This document shows, in pieces, positions 52,508 to 62,463 of a stretch of 64,000 nt of DNA. The stretch comes from an uncultured delta proteobacterium (GTDB lineage Bacteria; Desulfobacterota; Zymogenia; Zymogenales; Zymogenaceae): NCBI GenBank assembly GCA_963792965.1, contig CAWBYW010000007.1:32001-96000 (forward strand). The letters are read 5' to 3'. How positions within the stretch are numbered: position 1 is the stretch's first letter; every line of letters starts with the position of its first letter. Made by a program: the position numbers and the translations under genes. Under the pieces are notes generated by a model. The model ran no database searches, was not told where the DNA came from, and saw only the letters and a list, made by a program, of their open reading frames with translations.

Positions 52508-52536
52508 TTGACTTTTACCCTATTACTTGATAATAT
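52508..52536 (+). promoter_or_regulatory. sigma70 promoter for tatA
   Basis: TTGACT-17nt-TAATAT with an extended TG. Confidence 0.6.
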
Positions 52537-52561
52537 CTTAATCTGATAGGAAGGAAGAGAA

Positions 52562-52783
52562 ATGTTTGATTTGGGAGCTCCGGAGCTTATCCTTATTTTG
52601 GTAATAGCTCTTGTGGTCTTTGGAGGCAAGCGAATTCCGGAGATCGGGGAATCGCTCGGCAAGGGAATCAGGAACTTTAAGAAGGGCCTTCAGAGCATCG
52701 ACGAGGATGACAAGATCAAAGAGATTGCGGGCCCGTATGAAGCGAAAGAAGAGGCCTCGCGTCCTGCGGACGAAGGGAAGTAA
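52562..52783 (+). CDS. tatA: Twin-arginine translocase TatA/E subunit
   Basis: MFDLGAPELILILVIALVVFGGKRIPEIGESLGKGIRNFKKGL. Confidence 0.93.
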   Translation: MFDLGAPELILILVIALVVFGGKRIPEIGESLGKGIRNFKKGLQSIDEDDKIKEIAGPYEAKEEASRPADEGK

Positions 52784-53138
52784 GTCCACGGCGCGGCGTT
52801 CTTAGATACGGCTCTTACCTTTCCCGAACTTAAGTAGGATCGGACCTGAATTTAGGTTCTTGAGGTTCCAAGGTGAAGGTTTTTCTCAAGGTCTACCTTT
52901 CTATGGGTTTTGGTGCTCCTGAGCTTTCTTACGTCGATTGTGCAGCATAGTCTTTCGGATACGGTTCTCGATATCTAATATCACTACGTCTTTCTCCCGC
53001 CGTCTTCTGTTCACCACCGCGAATGCCGCCGCCTGGATTGAAAGGTGGCCTGGCAAAGCCCGACCCGACATCACACTCAGGAACGAATTTCCCCCCGAGA
53101 CCGACTTCAAAACAGAAGTCCGCTGAGTGACCACAGGC

Positions 53139-54422
53139 CTATTCAACAAAAGAGTGTTTCAGATTCATGACGTCTCGGTAGGGGACCACCCCGAGCAGGT
53201 GATCGGTCTCGTCCATGATCGGCAGGGCGCGCAGGCCGTATCGGGTAAAGGTCAGGGAGGCTTCTTTCAGGGTGCTTTCCGGGTCCAGGCTGATGATATT
53301 CTCGACCATGACATCCCGTACGGAGAGATCGGGGTCAGATTCAATAAGCTCCTTGAAATCGATGATCCCGAGCAATTTACCGGTATCGTCCAGGACGTAG
53401 AGGTACATGATTACGTCCTTGCCCTTGGCCAGGGCGTAGAATTCCTGCTGGACGGCGCCGATCGTCGTGTCCGGCGGGATCTTGATGTAGCCGGATACCG
53501 CATAGTTAATGATCTTTTCCTCCTGTCTTTTCAGGATCGCCCGGATCTTCTCGGCCTTTTCCGTTTCTATCAGCTCAAGAAGCGTGTTTGTCTCATACCA
53601 CGGGAGGACCGCCAACGTGTCCGCGGCCTGGCCCGGCGTCATTTCGTCTATCAGCTTGGCCACCTCATCTTTTCTCAACGTCTCGATCAAGTCCCGTTGC
53701 ACATGAGGGTCCAGCTCTTCCAGTGTGTCGGATGCGTGCTCGGTATCCAGCTGGTTAAATACCGCCACCCGTTGGTCGTGCTCGAGCTCTTCGAGGATAT
53801 CGGCCATATCGACGGGGTGAATGTCGGCTACTTTTTCCTTCAGGATGTTGAGCCGCACGTCGCCCCTGAAGCTGCTGATGTGGGACGGCAGCGGTTGAAT
53901 GTAATTCCAGGAAATCGTCTGCTCCCTGACTTTTTCGGCCAGCTTGTATATAAAATCGGCCAGACGCTTGAGGCCTATCCGCCTCAACAGGCCGTAGCTG
54001 CTCAGATCCACATCCGTCACGTAAAGCTTGCCGCTCCTCTGGATAAGCTTTATGTCGTATACTACCTCAACTTCCCGGCCCTCCATGTCGAGGACCTTCT
54101 TGTCCATGATATGGTCTTTGAGCAGGACCATCCCCTTCTGAGGCTGTCCTTCATAGTTTTCCAGTCGCTCGTTATAGAGGTCCAGATTAATGATGACCTC
54201 CCCGACGCTCATGGATTTAACCTTCGCCCAGGGTATCAGGAGCGACGGGTCTCCGAACGGGCGGGTCACCAGAATATGGGTGACTTCCGGGAAATTACCG
54301 TTTTCCTTGATGACGATATCGGTCATCCTGCCTATTTTCCTCGAAAAGAGCATGACCTTCGCGTTGGTCATTTGGCTGAGGAAAAAGACCTGTTCTTGAG
54401 GTTTCTTATTTCTCGTTTCCAT
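53139..54422 (-). CDS. Soluble PRC-barrel + MgtE_N + CBS domain protein (MgtE-like without membrane domain)
   Basis: PRC-like N-terminus (IMDKKVLDMEGR..VVYD), MgtE_N repeats HPVDMADILEEL...ASDTLEEL...AADTL, CBS pair YLYVLDDTGKLLG and LPIMDETDHLLGVV; no hydrophobic segment. Confidence 0.85.
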   Translation of the reverse strand: METRNKKPQEQVFFLSQMTNAKVMLFSRKIGRMTDIVIKENGNFPEVTHILVTRPFGDPSLLIPWAKVKSMSVGEVIINLDLYNERLENYEGQPQKGMVLLKDHIMDKKVLDMEGREVEVVYDIKLIQRSGKLYVTDVDLSSYGLLRRIGLKRLADFIYKLAEKVREQTISWNYIQPLPSHISSFRGDVRLNILKEKVADIHPVDMADILEELEHDQRVAVFNQLDTEHASDTLEELDPHVQRDLIETLRKDEVAKLIDEMTPGQAADTLAVLPWYETNTLLELIETEKAEKIRAILKRQEEKIINYAVSGYIKIPPDTTIGAVQQEFYALAKGKDVIMYLYVLDDTGKLLGIIDFKELIESDPDLSVRDVMVENIISLDPESTLKEASLTFTRYGLRALPIMDETDHLLGVVPYRDVMNLKHSFVE

Positions 54423-54434
54423 TTTTCAACCAGC

Positions 54435-54647
54435 CTATCTCAGCAGGGTAAAGAATTTATAAAAGAGTATCCCCATGAGTAGCAAGAGATACACCCGCAG
54501 AAAGAAGAGCGAAAGCTTGGCGAAGGGCGTCATCGTGATGCGCGGCTTGGCATACCTCCTGTTGATTTCGAGTATCCGGTCGAAGAAATGGTTCTTTAAA
54601 AAAAGATAGAGGGGATTTTCGAGCAAATATTTCAGAATTCTTCTCAC
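54435..54647 (-). CDS. Small single-pass membrane protein
   Basis: GTG start after AGGGAG, 14 nt after the transporter stop; C-terminal TM LSLFFLRVYLLLLMGILFYKFF. Confidence 0.7.
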   Translation of the reverse strand: MRRILKYLLENPLYLFLKNHFFDRILEINRRYAKPRITMTPFAKLSLFFLRVYLLLLMGILFYKFFTLLR

Positions 54648-54661
54648 GGCCGGGCTCCCTA

Positions 54662-55930
54662 TTAAAATAATCCCGGAAACAGCGCGCTTATCCCATACAG
54701 TGTCGACAGGACGATGATCGTGACGACGATGAAAAGATTAATGATATTCTGTGCAAGCGTGTTTTTGAACTGGCCCATGATCTCCTCATTGTTCAAAAGG
54801 AGGAGCAGAAAGACGAGCGCGGCGGGCAGGAGGGTCACGGCGATCACCTGGACGAAGAGGGTGATCAGGACCAGCGGCGCCTTCGGGATGAGGACGACGA
54901 TGCCCGCCGTGATCAATGTCAAGGCGTAGAAAACGTAAAACCAGGGCGCCTCCCTGATCCTGTTGTTTAGGGAGTGCGCCCATCCGAAGACTTCCCCGAA
55001 CGCCCATGAGCTGGCCAGCGAAATGCAAATGGCGCCCAGGAAACCCGCGTCAAACAGGCCGATGGTCAGAAACGTTCCGAGGTACTTATCATGTTCTTCC
55101 AGAAGTATCTTGCACGCCTGTGCGGCGCTGTCGATTTCTATCCCCCTCAGGACGGTTCCGGTGACCACGACGATAAAAACGGCCACCACCACCGTGAAGA
55201 TCGAACCGATAAGGGTATCGAGCTTTCCGAGACGAATATCCTTTTCGCCCATGCCCTTATCAACCACCGCGCTCTGCTGGAAGAAAATCATCCAGGGGGC
55301 GATAGTGGTGCCGATGTTCGCCATCAGGAAGAAGAACATCTCGTTTGAAAATCCGCCGGGGAATCGGGGAATCATTCCCTGGCGAAAGACCTCGGAGACC
55401 GAGGGATGTACGATAAACGCGCTCGGTATATAGATGAGGTTCAACGCGCAAAAGAGGAAAGCGATCTTTTCCCACGTCCAGTACCGCCCTTGAAGCACCA
55501 TTATCGCCATGATGATAGAAACGACCGCTATCGTGACGACTGGAGGAACGCCGAATATGCTCAGCGCGGCCGTCATGCCGACAAATTCCGTAACGAGGGT
55601 CAGCCAGTTGACGAGGATGAGGTCCAGAAGAGTAAACCAGCCCCAGAACGATCCGAAGGCGTCAAAGATCGCCTCGGCGAAGCCCCGCTTTGTCACCGCC
55701 CCGAGGCGCACCGTCATTTCCTGCACGAAGTAGGCGACGGGAAGCAAAAGGAGCAGGAACCAAATCAGGTCATAACCGTATTTTGCCCCCGTGGCGCTGT
55801 AGGTCGTGATACCGCCGGCGTCGTTATCGGCCAGCATCACGATGATACCGGGGCCTGAAATGAGCAGGAACAATCTGATCGATTTGATGAATCTACGATA
55901 GTTGTAGAATAATCTTGCCCAGAAATTCAT
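54662..55930 (-). CDS. Nramp-related divalent cation (probably Mg2+, NRMT-type) transporter
   Basis: GPGIIVMLADNDAGGITTYS, VQEMTVRLGAVT, TEFVG, ANIGTTIAPWMIFFQQS; about 11 TM. Confidence 0.87.
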   Translation of the reverse strand: MNFWARLFYNYRRFIKSIRLFLLISGPGIIVMLADNDAGGITTYSATGAKYGYDLIWFLLLLLPVAYFVQEMTVRLGAVTKRGFAEAIFDAFGSFWGWFTLLDLILVNWLTLVTEFVGMTAALSIFGVPPVVTIAVVSIIMAIMVLQGRYWTWEKIAFLFCALNLIYIPSAFIVHPSVSEVFRQGMIPRFPGGFSNEMFFFLMANIGTTIAPWMIFFQQSAVVDKGMGEKDIRLGKLDTLIGSIFTVVVAVFIVVVTGTVLRGIEIDSAAQACKILLEEHDKYLGTFLTIGLFDAGFLGAICISLASSWAFGEVFGWAHSLNNRIREAPWFYVFYALTLITAGIVVLIPKAPLVLITLFVQVIAVTLLPAALVFLLLLLNNEEIMGQFKNTLAQNIINLFIVVTIIVLSTLYGISALFPGLF

Positions 55931-56025
55931 ATGCTGCGAGACACCGATAGAAAGTTTTGATTTAGGACATTCCGCACCGGCCGAAGTGCGCCGGCCGGCC
56001 TTCCCGGTCACGACACATTTCTATA

Positions 56026-56053
56026 ACTCTATCACAAAAACAACCATTGTCAA
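56026..56053 (-). promoter_or_regulatory. sigma70 promoter for the transporter operon
   Basis: Minus strand TTGACA-16nt-TAGAGT with TG. Confidence 0.5.
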
Positions 56054-56191
56054 TTCAGAAAAACTCACTGATATCAGATGATTACGGACTTCCGCGTCTG
56101 AGGAATCGCCATGAACCCGACAGACAGCCGTCGTTACCTATAAAACGGGTAATGAAAGGCAGAAAAAACGTTCCGGCGGGGTGGCAGGCAA

Positions 56192-56220
56192 TTGACATTT
56201 ATAAAGGTCTGGGATATTAT
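56192..56220 (+). promoter_or_regulatory. sigma70 promoter for the SnoaL-like gene
   Basis: TTGACA-17nt-TATTAT. Confidence 0.65.
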
Positions 56221-56271
56221 ATTAAAATATCGAAGAAAAGAGATAAAAATAGGCTTGACAGGAGGGCTGAA

Positions 56272-56769
56272 ATGAAAAGACCGTCTGTGCCGTTTTGTCT
56301 CATTGTCGCGTTCTTCTTTTGCCTCACGTTCGGGGCATATGCAGCTACCGAAAAACCTACCACCGATAGCGACACCGGTAAACAGCAGCTGGAAGCCAAC
56401 AAGAAGCTCGTGCTTGAATTCTATGATCTGGCGTTCAATAAGAAAGACCTGAGCAGCGTCGACAAATACCTCGATGAGAACTACATTCAGCACAACCCCC
56501 AATTTCTCACCGGCAGGGCCGGTTTTGTGAAAGGGGTTACGGACTTGCTGAAACAGTACCCGAACTGGAAAACCAGCTTCAAACGGGTTATCGCTGAGGG
56601 TGACCTTGTCGTTGTTCATTGCTGGGCCCAGCCTGACTCGACCAATCCAAAGGATAGGGGGCTGGCCATCATCGATATCTTCCGGATCGACAACGGGAAG
56701 GTCATGGAGCATTGGGACGTCATCGAACCGGTACCAGAAAAATCCGCCAACGATAATACGATGTTCTGA
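56272..56769 (+). CDS. Exported SnoaL/NTF2-like protein
   Basis: Signal peptide ending AYA; ANKKLVLEFY, YIQHNP, RVIAEGDLVVVH, AIIDIFRIDNGKVMEHWDV, NDNTMF. Confidence 0.88.
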   Translation: MKRPSVPFCLIVAFFFCLTFGAYAATEKPTTDSDTGKQQLEANKKLVLEFYDLAFNKKDLSSVDKYLDENYIQHNPQFLTGRAGFVKGVTDLLKQYPNWKTSFKRVIAEGDLVVVHCWAQPDSTNPKDRGLAIIDIFRIDNGKVMEHWDVIEPVPEKSANDNTMF

Positions 56770-57127
56770 GTGCCGGCATACGACGATCGGCCGTATGGGG
56801 TGAGGGTCCCAAAGAAGGGAGCATGCCCGCTGGAACGCGTGTATCATGGTGGGAGGCCCAAGCGTCGGAAGACGGATGTGGCTCGCTGCCGTTTTTTAGA
56901 GGGCGCCGCAACGCATATCGCCTGAATCGTATCCCTCTCTCGATAGTGACAAGCAGACGCTCGGCCGGCCAGACCGGCTATGGGTCGGGTAAGCGATTGG
57001 GACACGGCGCTCTATCGTCAACGGGTGCCGGCCTGTGATCGTCGTCGCCAAGCGCGGAGATTTGTGGACAAAGGGGCCACGGCGGGGCCGAGATTCGTTC
57101 AAAACAGAGGGACAGAAGGAGGTGTCT

Positions 57128-57598
57128 ATGATCTCATTGAATGTGAACGGGAAAAAGTACACAGTGGATGTTGATCCTAAGATGCCGCTCCTTTGGGTGG
57201 TCAGGGAGACGCTCGGACTCATGGGCACAAAGTATGGCTGCGGAATGGGAGTCTGCGGCGCGTGCACCGTCATCATCGATGGAAACGCGGTTCGCTCGTG
57301 CATCACGCCGGTTTCAACGGCAGCCGAAAAGGAGATCATAACGATCGAGGGTATCTCGGGCGAGGTGGGCCATCCTGTCCAGCGGGCTTGGATCGCGGAA
57401 GATGTGCCGCAGTGCGGCTATTGCCAGTCCGGCCAGATCATGCAGGCCGCGGCGCTGCTGGGGAAAAATCCAAAGCCGACCGACGTCGATATAGACAGGG
57501 CGATGTCAGGCAACATCTGTCGGTGCGGCACCTATCAGAGGATTCGCAAGGCCATTCATACGGCATCCGAGATCATGGCCGAGGGAGGTAAGAAATGA
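57128..57598 (+). CDS. (2Fe-2S) small subunit of an isoquinoline 1-oxidoreductase-like (IorA/CoxS) molybdoenzyme
   Basis: [16 protein letters not shown]...[20 protein letters not shown]. Confidence 0.92.
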   Translation: MISLNVNGKKYTVDVDPKMPLLWVVRETLGLMGTKYGCGMGVCGACTVIIDGNAVRSCITPVSTAAEKEIITIEGISGEVGHPVQRAWIAEDVPQCGYCQSGQIMQAAALLGKNPKPTDVDIDRAMSGNICRCGTYQRIRKAIHTASEIMAEGGKK

Positions 57599-59757
57599 GC
57601 GAGATTATCGATAAGGATCGCCGCGACTTTATCAAGGCGGGACTTGCGGTTGGAGGGGGGCTGATCATCGGCTTCCACCTTCCGCTCGGCGCTCCGGGCA
57701 GTGCGGCGGCCGCGACGACGCCGTCGTTTGCGCCGAATGCGTTTATCCGCGTAAACCGTGACGGGACGGTTACCTTCATCATCAATAAATCGGAGATGGG
57801 GCAGGGGGTCTACACGGCGCTTCCGATGCTCATCGCCGAGGAGCTTGAATGCGACTGGCGCTCGATACGAGTGGAGCCCGCGCCGGTAGAGCCCGCGTAC
57901 AACCATGCCCTCTGGGGGATGCAGTCTACGGGGGGGAGCACCAGCACGTGGACCGAATGGGACAGGCTGTCGAGGGCGGGAGCCGCCGCACGGATGATGC
58001 TGGTAGCTGCGGCCGCAAAAATATGGAAGGTAGACCCGGCGACGTGCCACGCCGAAAAAGGCCGGGTGATCCACGAGAGCGGCAAGTCGCTCGGCTACGG
58101 GGAGCTGGCCGACGAGGCCTCGACTATGACGATTCCCACGGATGTCCGGCTCAAAGATCCGAAGTCGGACAAAATCCTCGGTAAGCCGCTGTTGCGACTC
58201 GATAATCCCGTGAAGGTCAACGGGACGGCAAAGTTCGGTATCGACGTGACGTCACCCGACATGTTGACGGCCGTTATCGCACACCCGCCGGTTTTTGGCG
58301 GAAAGGTATCAAGCTTCAAGGCCGATAAGGCCAAAGCCGTACCGGGCGTGAAGGAGGTCGTGGAGGTGCCGTCGGGCGTGGCGGTCGTGGCAAACGGTTT
58401 CTGGGCGGCGAAACAGGGCCGCGAGGCCCTCGAGATCACGTGGGACGAGGGGAAATGGGCGGCGCTTTCAACTGAGGAAATGCGTGGGCAATACATGAAG
58501 CTTGCCGCAACTCCCGGCAGCGTCGCGCGGAAAGAGGGGGATATCGATAGTGCCCTGGCCAAGGCGACCAGACAACTCAGCGCGGAATACGAAGTACCGT
58601 ACCTTGCGCACGCGTGTATGGAGCCGCTCAATTGTTTTGTCGATCTCAAGAAGGACAGGTGCGAGATCTGGACGGGGACGCAGGCCCAGACAGGGGATCG
58701 AGACGCCGCCGCCAGGATAACGGGTCTGAGGCCGGATCAGGTCAGCCTTCACACCACGTTCCTCGGCGGGGGATTCGGTCGCAGGGCGAACCCCCAGTCC
58801 GATTTCGTGTCACAGTCGGTAGAGGTGGCCAAGGCCGTGAGGAAGCCGGTCAAGGTTATCTGGAGCCGTGAGGACGACATGAAGGCGGGATACTACCGGC
58901 CCATGTGGTACGACCGGCTGGCCGCGGGCCTCGATGGAGAGGGGAGGCTCACGGCGTGGCGGCACACGATCGTCGGACAGGCGATCCTTGCCAACACTCC
59001 GTTCGAGGGGGCGATGGTGAAGGACGGAATCGACGTGACCTCTGTCGAGGGGGCTCAGGATATCGCGTACGCGATACCAAATATTCTCGTCGATCTCCAC
59101 TCCCCGAGCTATCCCGTGACGGTTCTCTGGTGGCGGTCGGTGGGACATTCCCATACTTCATTTGTCGTCGAGAGTTTCATGGATGAGGTTGCCCACGCCG
59201 TGGGCAAGGACCCGTTCGAGTTTCGGCGCGCCCTTTTGAAGGATCAAGGGCGTCACCGGGGGGTGCTGGAGCTGGCCGCAAAGAAAGCGGGCTGGGGAGC
59301 GCCGCTTCCGGCCGGGCGCAGCCGGGGAATCGCCGTCCACGCGTCGTTCGGCAGCTTCGTCGCAGAGGTGGCCGAGGTCTCGGTCAGCCCGGAGGGGGAA
59401 GTGCGGGTCCATCGGGTCGTCTGCGCGGTTGACTGCGGCAGATTCGTGAATCCCAACATCATCGCTGAGCAAATGGAATCGGGCATCGTCTTCGGCCTGT
59501 CGGCGGCCCTTCATGGGGCGATCACCTTGAAAGACGGGCGCGTGGAGCAGAGTAATTTTAACAATTACCCGGTGCTGCGCATGAGCGAGATGCCGGTAGT
59601 GGAAGTCCATATTGTGCCGAGCACCGAGCATCCGGGAGGCATCGGAGAGCCGGGAGTCCCTCCCATCGCCCCGGCGGTCGCAAACGCGATCTTCGTGCTC
59701 ACGGGAAAGCGCATCCGCAGGCTGCCGATTCAGGCGGAGGATCTGAGGACGACGTAG
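57595..59757 (+). CDS. Molybdopterin-binding large subunit, xanthine dehydrogenase family (IorB-like), with a Tat leader
   Basis: DRRDFIK leader, [41 protein letters not shown]; ATGA overlap with the small subunit. Confidence 0.92.
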   Translation: MSEIIDKDRRDFIKAGLAVGGGLIIGFHLPLGAPGSAAAATTPSFAPNAFIRVNRDGTVTFIINKSEMGQGVYTALPMLIAEELECDWRSIRVEPAPVEPAYNHALWGMQSTGGSTSTWTEWDRLSRAGAAARMMLVAAAAKIWKVDPATCHAEKGRVIHESGKSLGYGELADEASTMTIPTDVRLKDPKSDKILGKPLLRLDNPVKVNGTAKFGIDVTSPDMLTAVIAHPPVFGGKVSSFKADKAKAVPGVKEVVEVPSGVAVVANGFWAAKQGREALEITWDEGKWAALSTEEMRGQYMKLAATPGSVARKEGDIDSALAKATRQLSAEYEVPYLAHACMEPLNCFVDLKKDRCEIWTGTQAQTGDRDAAARITGLRPDQVSLHTTFLGGGFGRRANPQSDFVSQSVEVAKAVRKPVKVIWSREDDMKAGYYRPMWYDRLAAGLDGEGRLTAWRHTIVGQAILANTPFEGAMVKDGIDVTSVEGAQDIAYAIPNILVDLHSPSYPVTVLWWRSVGHSHTSFVVESFMDEVAHAVGKDPFEFRRALLKDQGRHRGVLELAAKKAGWGAPLPAGRSRGIAVHASFGSFVAEVAEVSVSPEGEVRVHRVVCAVDCGRFVNPNIIAEQMESGIVFGLSAALHGAITLKDGRVEQSNFNNYPVLRMSEMPVVEVHIVPSTEHPGGIGEPGVPPIAPAVANAIFVLTGKRIRRLPIQAEDLRTT

Positions 59758-59813
59758 GCGACCCGGAGCTTTGATTTCGACACGGGGACACGGGTTCACA
59801 GAAGGACGTATGT

Positions 59814-60656
59814 ATGGATATCTATGAGGAAATAACACGGCTCAAGAAAGACGGCAGGTCGTGCGCCCTGGCCACCATCGTCCAGTCTCATGGCTCATCG
59901 CCCCGAAAAGAGGGGACAAAGATGCTGGTGAGGGACGACGGCTCGACTGCGGGGACGCTCGGCGGCGGATGTATGGAACAGGGGGTAATCGAGCTCTCCC
60001 GCGAGGCGATGAAAGATGGATCGGCCCAGACTGTCGAGTTCAATCTGACCGGCAAGCACGGTACGCTCGCATGCGGAGGACAGCTGCTTGTTTTTATCGA
60101 GCCGATACTGCCCGATCCGCATCTCGTGGTCCTCGGCGCGGGGCATGTCGGAAAGGCGCTGGCCACCATCGCATGGTTTTCGGGTTTTCGGGTTACGGTC
60201 ATTGACGACCGGGATGAGTTTGCGAACAAGGACAATATACCGTATGCGCATGATATCGTCGTAAACGAATTCACCGAGCCGTTTTCAGGGATCACGGTGG
60301 GCCGCGATGCATACGTCGTTATCGCGACGAGGGGGCACGATCATGACCTCGATGCCCTCAAGGCGGTGCTGGCGGGGGAGGCCCGGTACGTGGGGCTCGT
60401 CGGCAGCAAGCATAAAAGGGCCGTCCTTTTCTCGTCTCTCAGGCAAGCCGGGTTCTCCGAGGCCGTTACCGGCAGGGTCACAACGCCTGCCGGCATCTCC
60501 ATCGGATCGGTGACACCCGAAGAGATCGCGATAAGTATTGTGGCGCAGATCATTGAGCAGAGGAGGAAAAATGCCTTACCCGATCTCGGCCATTCTTCTT
60601 GCGGCGGGATCGTCCAGAAGGATGGGGCGGCCAAAACAACTTCTCCCTCTCGGTGA
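59814..60656 (+). CDS. xdhC: XdhC/CoxI family Moco maturation chaperone
   Basis: GSSPRKEGTKM, GTLGGGCME, CGG, GAGHVG, DDR, TRGH, YVGLVGS, TPEEIAISI. Confidence 0.9.
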   Translation: MDIYEEITRLKKDGRSCALATIVQSHGSSPRKEGTKMLVRDDGSTAGTLGGGCMEQGVIELSREAMKDGSAQTVEFNLTGKHGTLACGGQLLVFIEPILPDPHLVVLGAGHVGKALATIAWFSGFRVTVIDDRDEFANKDNIPYAHDIVVNEFTEPFSGITVGRDAYVVIATRGHDHDLDALKAVLAGEARYVGLVGSKHKRAVLFSSLRQAGFSEAVTGRVTTPAGISIGSVTPEEIAISIVAQIIEQRRKNALPDLGHSSCGGIVQKDGAAKTTSPSR

Positions 60657-61230
60657 AGAGCCGGCGGTCGTCCACTGTCTGCGGAGTATAACAGGAGCGG
60701 GGATCGAAGATATCGTCGTCGTGGTCGGATCTGGAGGCGATGAGATATTGAAAGCGATCGATGCGTTCCCGGTGACCGCCGTGAGAAACGAGATCCCGGA
60801 GGCCGACATGGCCCGGTCTGTGAGGCTCGGGCTGGATAAGGTGGGCAACGGTGCTTTTAGCGTATTCGTCTGCCTGTGTGACCATCCGCTCGTCCGTCCG
60901 GAGACGCTGGTCGCTCTGAGCCTCTATCAGAGGGAGAGGCCGGATGCCATTGTCATCCCCTGTTATGGAGGACAAAAAGGACATCCGACGCTTTTCCCAC
61001 GCCTCTTTCTTGAGGAGATCGGGACCCTCCCCACGCTGCGTCACATCATAAGGCGGCACCGCGAGATGGTGAGCGTACTTGATGTCGATGACGAAGGAAC
61101 GGTGCTGGATATGGATACGTGGGAAGGAGTACCAGCGAATTCTGGAGCGCGTACGGGCCTCGAAGGGCCGATAGACATGTCTAGGGGAGCCGGCTTGAAG
61201 CCGGACGGAGCGGGAACATCCCTGTTTTGA
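60571..61230 (+). CDS. mocA: MocA-like Moco cytidylyltransferase (probable frameshift near 61126; natural end about 61174)
   Basis: ILLAAGSSRRMGRPKQLL, DHPLV, GHPTLF, DMDT. The usual ending EEYQRIL lies in the adjacent frame. Confidence 0.8.
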   Translation: MPYPISAILLAAGSSRRMGRPKQLLPLGEEPAVVHCLRSITGAGIEDIVVVVGSGGDEILKAIDAFPVTAVRNEIPEADMARSVRLGLDKVGNGAFSVFVCLCDHPLVRPETLVALSLYQRERPDAIVIPCYGGQKGHPTLFPRLFLEEIGTLPTLRHIIRRHREMVSVLDVDDEGTVLDMDTWEGVPANSGARTGLEGPIDMSRGAGLKPDGAGTSLF

Positions 61231-61240
61231 GGAGGTTTCC

Positions 61241-62308
61241 ATGCACGAGAAATCCTCTGAAAAGCTCGCTACACGGTTAAAGAAGATTCCGGTGAAGGAG
61301 GCGGTAGGCACCGTGCTCGCCCACGACATCACCGAGATACGCCCCGGCAGGTTTGCGGGTCGGGCGTTTAAGAGGGGACATATCATCAGGGAAGAAGATT
61401 TGTGCCACATGCAGCGGCTCGGCAAGGAGCATCTCTTCATATTTGACGTGGCACCCGACGAGATGCACGAGGACGATGCCGCATACGAGTTGGCGCGTGC
61501 CCTCATGGGAAAGGGAGTCAGGATAAAAGGCGGGCCAAAGGAAGGGAAAATTCATATCGTCGCGGAACGTGATGGTCTCTTGAAGATAGAAAAGCGGGCG
61601 CTTTTGGACTTTAATATGCTCGGCGATGTCATGTGCGCGTCGCTCCACAATAATACGGTGGTGAGCAAAGGACAGATCGTCGCGGGAACGAGGGCGATTC
61701 CCCTTATCGTGAAAAAGGAGATCGTCGGGGCAGCACTTCGCATCGGCAAGAAAGCCGAGGGGATCGTTCAGGTCCACGAGATCAGGAAGCCGAAGGCGGG
61801 CGTGGTCATCACGGGCAACGAGATCTATTTCGGCAGGGTGCGAGACGCGTTTTCGGCGATCGTCACGGAGAAGATAGAGGCGCTCGGCGGCCGGATCGTC
61901 GGGATGTACCGCGCTCCCGATGATGAATCGGTGATCGAGAAAAGGCTGAGAGAGCTGATCTGTGCCGGGGCGGACCTATTGATTACGACAGGCGGAATGT
62001 CCGTCGATCCCGACGATGTGACACGATTTGCGATACGAAACCTTGGGGCCACCGACATCACCTACGGCTCTGCGGTCTTGCCGGGGGCGATGTTTCTTGC
62101 GGCGTATCTCGACGGCAGCCCGCCCATCCCTGTACTCGGCATCCCGGCCTGCGGCCTCTGGGCAAAGACAACGGTCTTTGACCTTGTCCTTCCGAGGATA
62201 CTGGCGGGCGAGAAGATAGGGAGAAAGGAGCTGGCCGAGCTCGGCCACGGAGGGTTGTGCTTGAAATGCGAGTCGTGCAACTATCCGGTCTGCCCGATGG
62301 GAAAGTAA
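61241..62308 (+). CDS. Molybdopterin-binding MoeA-like protein
   Basis: AVGTVLAHDIT, MHEDDAA, GTRAIPL, ITGNEI, TTGGMSVDPDD, YGSAVLPGAM, GHGGLCLKC..C.YPVCPMGK. Confidence 0.87.
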   Translation: MHEKSSEKLATRLKKIPVKEAVGTVLAHDITEIRPGRFAGRAFKRGHIIREEDLCHMQRLGKEHLFIFDVAPDEMHEDDAAYELARALMGKGVRIKGGPKEGKIHIVAERDGLLKIEKRALLDFNMLGDVMCASLHNNTVVSKGQIVAGTRAIPLIVKKEIVGAALRIGKKAEGIVQVHEIRKPKAGVVITGNEIYFGRVRDAFSAIVTEKIEALGGRIVGMYRAPDDESVIEKRLRELICAGADLLITTGGMSVDPDDVTRFAIRNLGATDITYGSAVLPGAMFLAAYLDGSPPIPVLGIPACGLWAKTTVFDLVLPRILAGEKIGRKELAELGHGGLCLKCESCNYPVCPMGK

Positions 62309-62345
62309 GGAGTCGCTGAGCCCGAGGCGCTCCTGCATGGCGGGA

Positions 62346-62367
62346 CACCTTCCCTGCAAGGAAGGTG
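62346..62367. terminator. Hairpin between the convergent moeA-like and uvrB genes
   Basis: CACCTTCC-CTGCAA-GGAAGGTG, an 8-bp stem; no adjacent T tract. Confidence 0.4.
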
Positions 62368-62463
62368 ACGCGCAGGTGACTTCTTTCGGGATGATCGGGT
62401 CGGCAACTTCACGTGGGCGGAACCATAAGATCCTACTCGGAGATAGTGCGTTGCATCCATGGC

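Noticed and set aside
56770-57127. Moco/Wco riboswitch or sigma54 promoter before iorA
   Set aside because: No recognisable Moco RNA core and no TGGCAC-N5-TTGC match. The region stays unexplained, but I have no positive evidence for an element.
61120-61230. Novel C-terminal extension of MocA
   Set aside because: Removing one base after DMDTWE gives the usual EYQRILERVRASKGR-stop, so this is an indel artefact.
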